Source: Planctomycetota bacterium (GTDB lineage Bacteria > Planctomycetota > Planctomycetia > Pirellulales > UBA7805). Taken from it: 64,000 nt of DNA. Shown here in pieces: positions 49,884-58,883 of the stretch. Below the pieces are notes generated by a model. It saw nothing but the letters and a program-made list of their open reading frames with translations. It made no database searches and had not been told where the DNA came from. Position numbers and translations under genes: made by a program. The stretch spans positions 9,850 to 73,849 of the forward strand of contig QQVP01000134.1 in the NCBI GenBank assembly GCA_003389215.1, in the 5' to 3' direction. Within the stretch, counting starts at the first letter, position 1. The number at the start of each line of letters is the position of its first letter.

Positions 49884-51407
49884 ATGCGAAGATCACGTCT
49901 TGTGGCTTTCTTGTTGATTGTGGCGGCCTTCTGTTTTGGGTCGAACTTCTCGGACTCGTACGCAGACGACTCTGCTCCAGCGAAAGGGGAGCGCGTGGAC
50001 GAAGCGTCGGCCGACGGTGCGAATGGACCAGAATGCGATGAGGAGGCGTGCCAGGCAGAGCCCGGTGAACACGATCGCCAGCACGGCACGGCGATTCCAT
50101 TTGCAGAAAGCCCGCGCAAGGCAGCCTCACGGGCCAAGAACGAGAAGAAGCTCGTTATGGTGCTTCATCTTTCCGGAAACTTCGCCTTGCCGGAGTTTAC
50201 GTGAAACAACGCCGCCCGCTTCAGGGCAGGTGCCCTGCGGAACGAGCGGGTCGCGGCGTTTGCGCGTCGCTACTTTGTCGCCGCGTTCGAACAGAAGGGG
50301 AACTTTCAGGTTCGTCGCGACGGCTCGGGAGTCGACAAGGATGGCGGAGATCTGGTGACGTATTTCTGCACGCCCGAGGGACAGGTCGTCCACTTCGTCG
50401 CCGGCGCGGTCAATGCCCCGGAGTTGCTGCACGGAATGCAATGGGCGGTGCGGGCACAGCAGACGGCCTTCGGTCGTGGCCGAACGGACAAACAGACTGC
50501 CCGCAGGCTAATGCGATTGCATCTGCAAGTGACCGGGGACGATCTCGAGACGTTCATCAACAACTTGACCAGCGGCAATCGCCAACGCTATGGCGAACCG
50601 GGGCACGACCGCTGGCTGACGAATCGCTCGCCGGTCGAGGTCCACCGTTACCTGGCGGCACGACCGCTGGTTCCGCTTCGCGAGATCGAGACCGAAGTGT
50701 TCAGCACATTTGCTGACTACGACGTGCGCGACGAGGAGGACGATGCCCGCTTGGACGCGGTCGCAGCCGTATTCGAAAGATGCCGCGAGGCCCGCCGCCC
50801 CGTCGTGCTGGTCATGACCGCGGAGGGCGGCGCCGCGCTGTCCGATTCGGCGGCCCAACGGCAAATCGACAAGATCCGCGCGGAATTCGTGACGCTCGTT
50901 CTCAGCATCGACGAATTGCCGGCGCTCTCGACACGCATTGAGATCCGCGCGACTAACGGTCAGGAACGAACGGGGAGCGGTACGAAGGTCGACGGATCCC
51001 GCCGGTCGGAAGGCCAGCTCTACGTTTTCGGCCACACGGGTGATCAGGTAGACGTCGTCTCCATCTCGGATGCTGAGGGAACCTTGGGAGCGATGCGGCA
51101 CGCGCTGCAACTGCGCTACCTGGAAGACGCGCAGGCCGCGGTCGCGCAAAATGAGTGGCCCGCGGCAGTGCGCATCGCGAAACGCCTTCGCGCCTGGCCG
51201 GCTCACCCATCGATTGATGAACAAGTGTCGGAGTTGGCTACACGGATCCTGGATCGCTCGCGTGCCCGTCGCGCCCTGGCGGTGGCCGAGAAACGACTGG
51301 AGCAGAGCTTGGAACGTGGTCGGGCTAGTCTACAGAAGGTTGCCGCGGATTATCCCGAAACGCCCGAGGCCCGCACGGCGAGAATTATCCTTGCAGCGAT
51401 CGAGTGA
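49884..51407 (+). CDS. secreted thioredoxin-fold protein with in-frame TGA at 50202-50204 (candidate selenoprotein; otherwise a split gene/pseudogene)
   Basis: ORFs 49884-50204 and 50355-51407 share one frame, separated only by this TGA. Read through, the translation is a continuous thioredoxin-fold N-domain ...AKNEKKLVMVLHLSGNFALPEFT-U-NNAARFRAGALRNERVAAFARRYFVAAFEQ... In an alignment to YyaL/DUF255 (...[40 protein letters not shown]...) the TGA occupies the first Cys of CxxC. SECIS-like hairpin at 50211-50257. Confidence 0.45.
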
Positions 51408-51470
51408 ATGTTCTGACTTCAAGACCACCCGTTCGTGAGCAAGCGTGGTGATACGACTGCGGAGTGACGT

Positions 51471-52880
51471 ATGATCTTTACTCGATTGCGGTTGCTACTT
51501 GTGTTGGCAGCCGTGCTGGGAAGCGCTCAAGCGGTCGGCGCCACGCTGCCCAACATCGTCTTCTTTCTCTCCGACGATCACCGGTCCGACATGCTCGGCT
51601 GCGCGGGCCACGAGATTGTCAAAACGCCGCACATCGATCGCCTGGCCGCCGAGGGCGTGCGGTTCGAGAACGCCTTCGTCACCACTTCGATCTGCGCCGC
51701 GAGCCGGGCCACGATTCTTACCGGGCTGTGGGAGCGGACGCACCGCTTTACCTTTGGCACGCCGCCGCTGGCCGAGCGCTGGATCGACGACAGCTATCCC
51801 GTTCGCCTGCGGGCCGCTGGTTATCGAACTGGCTTCGTGGGCAAGTTTGGCATGAACGTGAGCCGCCACGATTGGAAGCGATTGTGGGACTGGTCGGCCG
51901 CACAGAATCGGACGCCTTACTTGAAAAAGCAGCCGGACGGCAGCCTCCGCCATCTGACCGATCTGAACGGCGATCGGGCTATCGAGTTTCTCAATACCTG
52001 TCGGGCAGAGGAGCCCTTCTGCTTGTCGGTCAGCTTCAGTGCGGCGCATGCCGAAGACGGCGATCGCGAGAACCATTTTCCCTGGCCTTCCAGCGAAGAG
52101 GGGCTGTACGAAGATGTGGTCATTCCACCGCCGCGCGTGCGGACCGATTTCTGGAAGGAACTGCCCGGGTTCTTTCACAAGTCGATGAATCGCAACCGCT
52201 ACTTCTGGCGCTGGGATACGCCGGAGAAGTACCAGCGAAACGCGAAGGCCTATTACCGCATGATCACGGGGCTCGATCGCAACGTCGGTCGCGTGCTGGC
52301 CGAGCTGGAGCGACGCGGCTGGCTCGACAACACGATCGTGATTTTCACGGGCGACAACGGCTACTACAAAGGCTCGCGCGGCTTCGCCGGCAAGTGGACC
52401 CATTACGAGGAATCGCTGCGGGTGCCGCTGGTCGTGTTCGATCCACGATTGCCGAAGGCGAAGCGGGGCCAGGTTGTCGAGTCGCTGGCCCTCAACGTCG
52501 ACCTGGCGCCCACGATGCTGGCGGCGGCGAACGTCGAGGTCCCCGCGAGCCATCAGGGTCGCGATCTGGGGCCGCTGGTACGGGGCGAATCGGCGGACGA
52601 CTGGCGCGACGACTTCTTCTGCGAGCACCTCTTCGATTACGCAACGGTGCTGAAGTGGGAAGGCGTCCGCGGGCAGCGCTACGTCTATGCTCGCTACTTC
52701 GAGCATTTGCCCGAGGGCGAGTTTCTGCACGATCTTGAGGCGGATCCCCTGGAGTTGACGAATCTGGTCGGCAGCGCCGAACACTCGGAGGTGCTCGAAC
52801 GCATGCGGGCACGCTGCGACGAATTGCGCGACCGTTACGGAGGCGAGTTTCGGCGGCCCCGGTCGCCCACAGATGAGTGA
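51471..52880 (+). CDS. sulfatase
   Basis: Signal peptide; SICAASRATILTG formylglycine-type motif; conserved sulfatase fold. Confidence 0.9.
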   Translation: MIFTRLRLLLVLAAVLGSAQAVGATLPNIVFFLSDDHRSDMLGCAGHEIVKTPHIDRLAAEGVRFENAFVTTSICAASRATILTGLWERTHRFTFGTPPLAERWIDDSYPVRLRAAGYRTGFVGKFGMNVSRHDWKRLWDWSAAQNRTPYLKKQPDGSLRHLTDLNGDRAIEFLNTCRAEEPFCLSVSFSAAHAEDGDRENHFPWPSSEEGLYEDVVIPPPRVRTDFWKELPGFFHKSMNRNRYFWRWDTPEKYQRNAKAYYRMITGLDRNVGRVLAELERRGWLDNTIVIFTGDNGYYKGSRGFAGKWTHYEESLRVPLVVFDPRLPKAKRGQVVESLALNVDLAPTMLAAANVEVPASHQGRDLGPLVRGESADDWRDDFFCEHLFDYATVLKWEGVRGQRYVYARYFEHLPEGEFLHDLEADPLELTNLVGSAEHSEVLERMRARCDELRDRYGGEFRRPRSPTDE

Positions 52881-52954
52881 CGCAGACGGCGGGAAAGGCC
52901 ACGCGACGCGTTGTTCGGGATGACACGAGACACTTTTAAGACGGAGCGAGGCAC

Positions 52955-53698
52955 ATGAGCGGCATTCGCTACACAATCCGCGACCTGATGGTGCTCATGG
53001 TCCTGGTGGCGCTGGGGCTCACGGCACTGATGAATGCCGGCCCGATTTGGGCCTCGCTGTTCACTGGCATCGTGGTCGTGTTTCTCATGTTTGCCACGTT
53101 GGCGGCCCTCGTGCGTCGCGGACGTGTGCGGGCGGGTTGGACCGGTTTCGCGGTATTCGGCTGGACCTACTTTCTGCTGACGAGCCAGATCTTCACTTAC
53201 AACATCAATCTGCCGACGAAGTTTCTGATCGATCAGTTCTACAACGTCGTTGAACCGAACGGATATCTGACCTGGGGGCCCAGCATGCCGTGGTACCGTG
53301 GGCCTGCCCCGATGTACGTTCAGCCGGCTCTTCCGATCGCCCCGCCCCCGCCGACAGCGACCGTTCCTCTCGCCCCGCCGATCATCGACGACGAGAATCC
53401 TGACGCCCCTTTCGAGACGCCGAGCGACGACGACGACACGAGCACCGAGGGCGCCGCAGTTGACCCTGTCGCGGACGCGGACTCGTCGAGGCCGGCGGTC
53501 CTACAACCGGCCTCACCATTGATGGCACCGGTCGCGACCGCTGCCGTCACTACCTTTCCCCGCGACTACCCGTCGTTCTCGACGATCGGCCACGGCCTGT
53601 TTACGCTGCTGTTGGCGATGATCGGCATCTTCGTGGGCCGCTTGCTGCTGGCGCGCGAAGATCGCGCCGCCGCAAACCAAGTCAGCGAAGCCGCGTAG
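52955..53698 (+). CDS. hypothetical membrane protein with Pro-rich acidic linker
   Basis: Three N-terminal TM helices, PPPPTATVPLAPP low-complexity region, C-terminal TM helix. Confidence 0.5.
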   Translation: MSGIRYTIRDLMVLMVLVALGLTALMNAGPIWASLFTGIVVVFLMFATLAALVRRGRVRAGWTGFAVFGWTYFLLTSQIFTYNINLPTKFLIDQFYNVVEPNGYLTWGPSMPWYRGPAPMYVQPALPIAPPPPTATVPLAPPIIDDENPDAPFETPSDDDDTSTEGAAVDPVADADSSRPAVLQPASPLMAPVATAAVTTFPRDYPSFSTIGHGLFTLLLAMIGIFVGRLLLAREDRAAANQVSEAA

Positions 53699-53702
53699 CG
53701 AT

Positions 53703-56700
53703 CTAGCGACCGAAGAGTTCGTCGAGGCCCTTTTCCAGACCGCGATTGATCGCATCGTCGATCAGGCCACCGGCGGCCGAGCCCAGCATCTGTTGCGTCA
53801 GATCGTCGAGGGCCCGGCGGTCGAGCTGCGGCTGGCTAAGCGTGCCTCGCAGGGGAACGCGAATCGACTGCCCGGCGAGCGAGCGCAGATGTCGGTCGCG
53901 GGCCACCCAATCTTCTTGAATGGGAATCTCGGCCACGACCTGAAGCGTCGAATCGAGGCCGACCGAACCGGTGGTGCGCAACTGGACGTCGCCGATGGCG
54001 AGCGCCAGGTTCCGATGATGAACACGACCCTGCCGAACTTCGAAGTCGACTTCCTGCGCCGGCACATTGAGCGCCACCTGCGAACGTCCGGTCAGGGACG
54101 CCAGCGGCCGCTTCTTCACAATCGCTTCGATCTGTTGGGTCACCAAGATGAGTTGCTCGGCCACCGGGCCGGGACGAACCTGGGCCGACTGGATCGACAA
54201 CTTGCCCGCCACATCGGCGCGGTGCGTTTCGCCGAGGGGAACCTGACAACGTGCCAGGTCGAGCGAGAAGATGCCGTCGGCGCGGGTTGCCTCGGCCAAC
54301 AGGGGCGCCACGTACTTCAGCCACGACTGGCAGATCTCGGGCGAAAGGCGCACCTGATCGATCACACGGCCCGGCTGTACTTGCAACTGCGAAGGCTGCG
54401 GGCGGAGGTCGATCCGCGGGGCGACACGCAAACGCCCCTGTCCCAGCGAGAGGTCCAAAGGATCGACGTTCAGCATCCGCTGGGCCAGCTGGGCCCGCAG
54501 TTCGCCCTCGCCGACCGGCATTCCATAGACGCTGGCCCGCGACCAACCGATGCCCGCCTGGGCGGTCAGGTCGCGGAACATGCCGAGGCCCTCGTCCGCG
54601 CCGCTTCCTGTCGAACCCTCAGTCGATGCGAGGTAGATTGGCCCGCGAATGGTAAACGGTCGCGTACCGGAACCGACGAGTTGAATTTCCGAACCCAGGT
54701 AAGGCCGCAGCAGGGCCGTGATCTTCTCGAGTTCGTAGATAACGTTGCCGGCGATGTCGACCATGACGGGCTCCTCGGCGAGCGCGATCCTGCCACGCGT
54801 TTCCGCGAGCTTGAGCGTGTCGCTGGAAAGCTCGAGCCGGTCGAGTTCAATGCTCGCGGGCTGAGCCACGTGGCGACCACGACCGGAGAGAAAGACCTCG
54901 CGCTCGCTCCAGACGGTCTGCCACGGGTTGCTCTGACGCTGGCCGCCGCCGCGGACCGGCAGCAACTGGGTCGAGGCGGGCTGAGCGACAACCAGATCGT
55001 TCATGTTCGCTTCCCACAGGGCGGTCGTCGCACCGCGCTGGTGCGAGAGTTCGGCGCGGGCGGTGGCCGAGCCTGCCCACTGGGTGGTCAGTGGCTGGTC
55101 GGGAGCGACGAACCAGCGCTGCAGGCGGGCCAAGTCGGCCGCCAACGTGATCTTGCCGTCTGCCTTGGCGGGCGCATTCTCGCCCGACTGCACGTCGAGC
55201 TGATCGATGCGCAACGAAACGGCACTCGTTTGCAGCGTCGTCGAATCGGAACGGACGTGCGAGGTCGCCGCCTCCCAGGTCGCATCGCCAAACAGAACGA
55301 CGCGGGGCTCGCGAATGTAGTAGCCACTGCCGGCAAAGTCGAGCTGCGTCAACTCGACGTCGGCCCGCTGAACCGCCACGCGGTTGACGGCAAACTGGCC
55401 GCGCAGGCTGCCGCGAACGCCGCCCCGAACGTGCTCGACCTCCAGCGGCAGCTCCACCGCCATTCTTTGCAGCCGCGGATACCAGCTGGCCAGGTCGCCA
55501 CGGACTTCCAATTCGAGCGGCCAACGCGTCTCCGCAGCGACGGCCGTGACCGGCTCGCTAAGCGTGGCCCGCAGGTGATCGCCCGGGGTGTTCAGTTGGA
55601 AGATCGCCTGTTCGACCGAAGCAACGCGGGTCGTATCGGCCCGCCCCGTGGCATCGACCGTGATCTCCATATTCGGTTCGACCCAACGTCCGCCGGTGGC
55701 GGTCTGCAGACTGAAGTCCGCGAACGTGAGCCGGCCATTGGCGTGGACCTTGGCCAGTTCCGTGGCGCTGGCGGCTTCGGTCTCTTGAATCCGCAGCTCG
55801 GCCGCCACGCGGCCGCCCATCTGCACGCTGTCCAAGTCGAGGAACTGGGCAAGCGCCTCTCGCAAGCGACCGAGATCGCACTGTCCCTGCAGCGTGGCAT
55901 CGACGGGCGTTCCCTGCGCTTCCATCTCGAGAAAGTCGGAGCGACACTCGGCCCGCGCTTGCAGATCGCCATTTTCATTGCGGGTAACCTGCCAATTGGC
56001 GACGACCGGTTGTCGCCAGGCGACGGCACGTCCCTGAGCGAGGCCCTGCAAGTTCGTCGTCTCCACGCCTCCTTGCCAGCGGCGGGCCGTGCCCACACGC
56101 ATGCTGGCCGCGCGCACCGTAAGCTCCCCCGAAGTGAACTCCGTGCCAGGACGAACCTTCAGGAGGGAGGGAATCATGTTGGCCAGCTTCGCCAGATCGA
56201 TCTGCCCCGTTGCTTCGTATTCTTCGTCTTCGAGCAATCCGCCCAGATCACCTTCGGACAGGCGGCCCAAATCGAAACTGCCGGTGGCCGTGAGTCGGCC
56301 GACATCGGAATCGATCGTGCATTGCTGCAAGGTGAGCGTGTCCTCACGGAGCTCGCTCTCGACGTCGAGTGCCAGGCGTTCGAGCCGGACGACGTCGCCG
56401 GCGAGCAGCGATTCGGAAGCAATCTGCATTTCGGCTCCGGTCAGCTTCCCTTTGACGAACAGCCCGGGCTCTTGGTCGTCCGACGCCGTGCGGTTTTGAA
56501 GTTCGACATCGATGGCCAGCATCCCGTCGGCATGGGTACCCGCGGCGAATCGCGTCAGCAGGGGCTCGAGCGCCGCCAGGGCGACGGCTTCCGACTTGAG
56601 GGTCGCCTGTGCGGCGCCGGTTTCCGGGTCGACGTCGCCGCTGGCCGACCACAGTGCCGGACGGGCGTCGGCCGACGACAATTCGCCGCTCGCCTGGAAG

Positions 56701-57275
56701 CTCAGCGGACGCGTTGCTTCCGTGCCTTCCGACTTGCGGGCGAGCGAGAGGTCGACATTGCTGAACGTGGTGGTGGCGCCGGCCTCGTTCTTGAGGACGA
56801 TCGTCGCCTCGGTGACTTCGATGGCGAAGGGACGTCGCGGCGAAGGCGACTCGTCGGGCGCCGCGGGGTCGTCTTCGCGCAGTTCCGCCAGCAAGTCCTC
56901 GAGGTTACTGCCACCTTCGCGGAGCTTGATCTCGATGACCGGTTCACGGACGAAGAAAGTCCCCGGCGTGGATCCTTGGAGCAACAATGTGGCCAGGCTC
57001 TTCTCGCTGCGTGCCTGTTTCAGGGTGAGCAATCTCTTGCCGTCTTGGTCGTCGACGCGCAGTCCTCGCACCTCGACGGGCGAGAGCCAGGCAGCCGAGA
57101 TGTCATCGACGACGACCTGACCGGAGAAGTCGGACAGAACACGATCGAGCACGATGCCACGTATCGGCTGCCGCGTGACAATCCACGGCAGGAACCAAAC
57201 GCCCACCGCGAGCAGCAACACGAACAGGAACAAACGCAGACGCCACCGCGACTTCTTTTGACCTTGCCTGGCCAT
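53703..57275 (-). CDS. AsmA/TamB-like large envelope protein (N-terminal membrane anchor, long beta-rich periplasmic domain)
   Basis: 1190 aa. N-terminal anchor RWRLRLFLFVLLLAVGVWFLPWIV; repetitive beta-strand-rich composition typical of the AsmA-like family. Family assignment from architecture only. Confidence 0.5.
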   Translation of the reverse strand: MARQGQKKSRWRLRLFLFVLLLAVGVWFLPWIVTRQPIRGIVLDRVLSDFSGQVVVDDISAAWLSPVEVRGLRVDDQDGKRLLTLKQARSEKSLATLLLQGSTPGTFFVREPVIEIKLREGGSNLEDLLAELREDDPAAPDESPSPRRPFAIEVTEATIVLKNEAGATTTFSNVDLSLARKSEGTEATRPLSFQASGELSSADARPALWSASGDVDPETGAAQATLKSEAVALAALEPLLTRFAAGTHADGMLAIDVELQNRTASDDQEPGLFVKGKLTGAEMQIASESLLAGDVVRLERLALDVESELREDTLTLQQCTIDSDVGRLTATGSFDLGRLSEGDLGGLLEDEEYEATGQIDLAKLANMIPSLLKVRPGTEFTSGELTVRAASMRVGTARRWQGGVETTNLQGLAQGRAVAWRQPVVANWQVTRNENGDLQARAECRSDFLEMEAQGTPVDATLQGQCDLGRLREALAQFLDLDSVQMGGRVAAELRIQETEAASATELAKVHANGRLTFADFSLQTATGGRWVEPNMEITVDATGRADTTRVASVEQAIFQLNTPGDHLRATLSEPVTAVAAETRWPLELEVRGDLASWYPRLQRMAVELPLEVEHVRGGVRGSLRGQFAVNRVAVQRADVELTQLDFAGSGYYIREPRVVLFGDATWEAATSHVRSDSTTLQTSAVSLRIDQLDVQSGENAPAKADGKITLAADLARLQRWFVAPDQPLTTQWAGSATARAELSHQRGATTALWEANMNDLVVAQPASTQLLPVRGGGQRQSNPWQTVWSEREVFLSGRGRHVAQPASIELDRLELSSDTLKLAETRGRIALAEEPVMVDIAGNVIYELEKITALLRPYLGSEIQLVGSGTRPFTIRGPIYLASTEGSTGSGADEGLGMFRDLTAQAGIGWSRASVYGMPVGEGELRAQLAQRMLNVDPLDLSLGQGRLRVAPRIDLRPQPSQLQVQPGRVIDQVRLSPEICQSWLKYVAPLLAEATRADGIFSLDLARCQVPLGETHRADVAGKLSIQSAQVRPGPVAEQLILVTQQIEAIVKKRPLASLTGRSQVALNVPAQEVDFEVRQGRVHHRNLALAIGDVQLRTTGSVGLDSTLQVVAEIPIQEDWVARDRHLRSLAGQSIRVPLRGTLSQPQLDRRALDDLTQQMLGSAAGGLIDDAINRGLEKGLDELFGR

Positions 57276-57692
57276 AGCACGATCCTTCAGGGTGAACGCA
57301 TTTCGTCAGTCTTCCTCGCCCAATGTCGAACGGGATCGCGAGGGGCGATCCGTTCGCGCACCAAGGCTAGCAGTCACTGCAAAATACGGCAACACGAATG
57401 CATGCAAGCGGAGGTCCCGCGCGCCCGGGTGTCCCTGTGAAACGCGCGGCAGGCTTGCTCCGAAATCGCGACCAAAGCGGCCCCGCGCTCGCCGGTTACG
57501 GCGACTTTGCCGGCGATGCGGATCGCGGCGGCGGCGGCGGCCGGCAAACTCGCTCACACCTTGTTCGCGGGACACGCCGGTGAGTTGAAAGTCTGCATAG
57601 CCGTTGGTAAGGTGGCTTTAGTCGATCGGAGTGCGTCGAGCGGGGCATTGGCAGGGGTGATCTAAGCGTTTCCGGACTGCGCAGGAGGCAGC

Positions 57693-58814
57693 TTGAGGAT
57701 GTTCCTACGGCAGAGATATTGGTCGCTGGCCGTTTGGGCTGGCCTTTTCTCGGCAACGTCGCTGACTTCCGCAGCCGACGACACGGCCGCACCCGGCGGC
57801 GCCTCACAACAAGAAGCCTCCCAAGAAGAAGCCATTGCCGAGTGGATTCGGGACCTCGGACACCCTTCAGCGCGACGCCGCGACAAGGCGACGCGCAATC
57901 TCATCCACGTGGGTCCCGCCGCGGCCTCACGATTGGCGGAGTCGGCGACCAGCACCGATTTCGAGGTCGCGTTTCGCTCCTTTCGCATCCTCTCGGCACA
58001 GCTCGCCTCGTCCGATCCCGTGACGAGCGAGGCGGCCGAAGCGACGCTGAAACAACTGTCGGCCATCGACGACGACTCGGTCGCCCGTCGCGCGGTCAAT
58101 ACGATGCGCGGTCTGCTGAAGCGCCGTCAAACCGTCGTGATCACCGCCCTCCAGCGCCGAGGTGCCATGGTCAACGTCACCGGCGACCTCGGCGATCCCA
58201 GCGCCACGATCTCCATCGTCCTGGGCGACAACTGGGACGGCAGCGGCGAAGACCTGCGGATGCTACGCCGACTGGAAAACGTGACCTCCCTGCAGGTCAA
58301 TCTCTATCACGGCGGGGAGAGCGTCTTCACCGTTCTGGCCGAACTGACCGACCTGGAATCCCTGTCGCTCACGAACCTCAACGTGCCGGACGAGCAATTC
58401 GCCGACTTGGCCGCGCTCAAGAAGCTGCGGCGGCTGGAACTGGCGGGATGCATGATCGGGGATCGCTCGATCCGACATCTCGCATCGCTTACGAAACTTG
58501 AGCACGTCAACCTCAACAACACACTCATCACGGGAGAGGCGCTGGCCCATTTGCAAAAGCTCCCGCGGCTGACCACCCTTTCGCTCGCTTCGACCCGCCT
58601 GTCCGCCGACGAGTTCCGACAGCTCGCCGCCTTCAAACAGCTGGAACAGATCGAAGTCTCCGGAACCCAGTTCAGCGGCGACTCGCTGATGAGCCTGGCG
58701 GGCTTGGAAAAGTTGCGCATCGTTACGGCCCAAGCGGCGCGCGTGACCCCCTACGACGTCGAGGACTTCGCGGATGAGCGAGCCGACGTCGCCATCGAGT
58801 TGGCGGGCCGCTAG
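57693..58814 (+). CDS. secreted leucine-rich-repeat protein
   Basis: Signal peptide; LxxLxLxxN repeats (LENVTSLQVNL, LTDLESLSLTNLNV, LKKLRRLELAGCMI, LTKLEHVNLNNTLIT, LPRLTTLSLAST). AGGAGG SD 10 nt upstream. Confidence 0.65.
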   Translation: MRMFLRQRYWSLAVWAGLFSATSLTSAADDTAAPGGASQQEASQEEAIAEWIRDLGHPSARRRDKATRNLIHVGPAAASRLAESATSTDFEVAFRSFRILSAQLASSDPVTSEAAEATLKQLSAIDDDSVARRAVNTMRGLLKRRQTVVITALQRRGAMVNVTGDLGDPSATISIVLGDNWDGSGEDLRMLRRLENVTSLQVNLYHGGESVFTVLAELTDLESLSLTNLNVPDEQFADLAALKKLRRLELAGCMIGDRSIRHLASLTKLEHVNLNNTLITGEALAHLQKLPRLTTLSLASTRLSADEFRQLAAFKQLEQIEVSGTQFSGDSLMSLAGLEKLRIVTAQAARVTPYDVEDFADERADVAIELAGR

Positions 58815-58883
58815 TCGTAGCAGCCGTCTCTCGAGAGACGGGCGGGATGAGTCGCGGCAAAGGCAAACCCGAAAACAAAGAGG

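Noticed and set aside
50355-51407. ORF-track call of an independent 350-aa gene starting at GTG 50355
   Set aside because: Not fully rejected, but considered less likely than a single gene: it would begin mid-way through a thioredoxin-fold domain, lack the signal peptide carried by the upstream in-frame ORF, and leave a 150-nt protein-like in-frame gap after a TGA.
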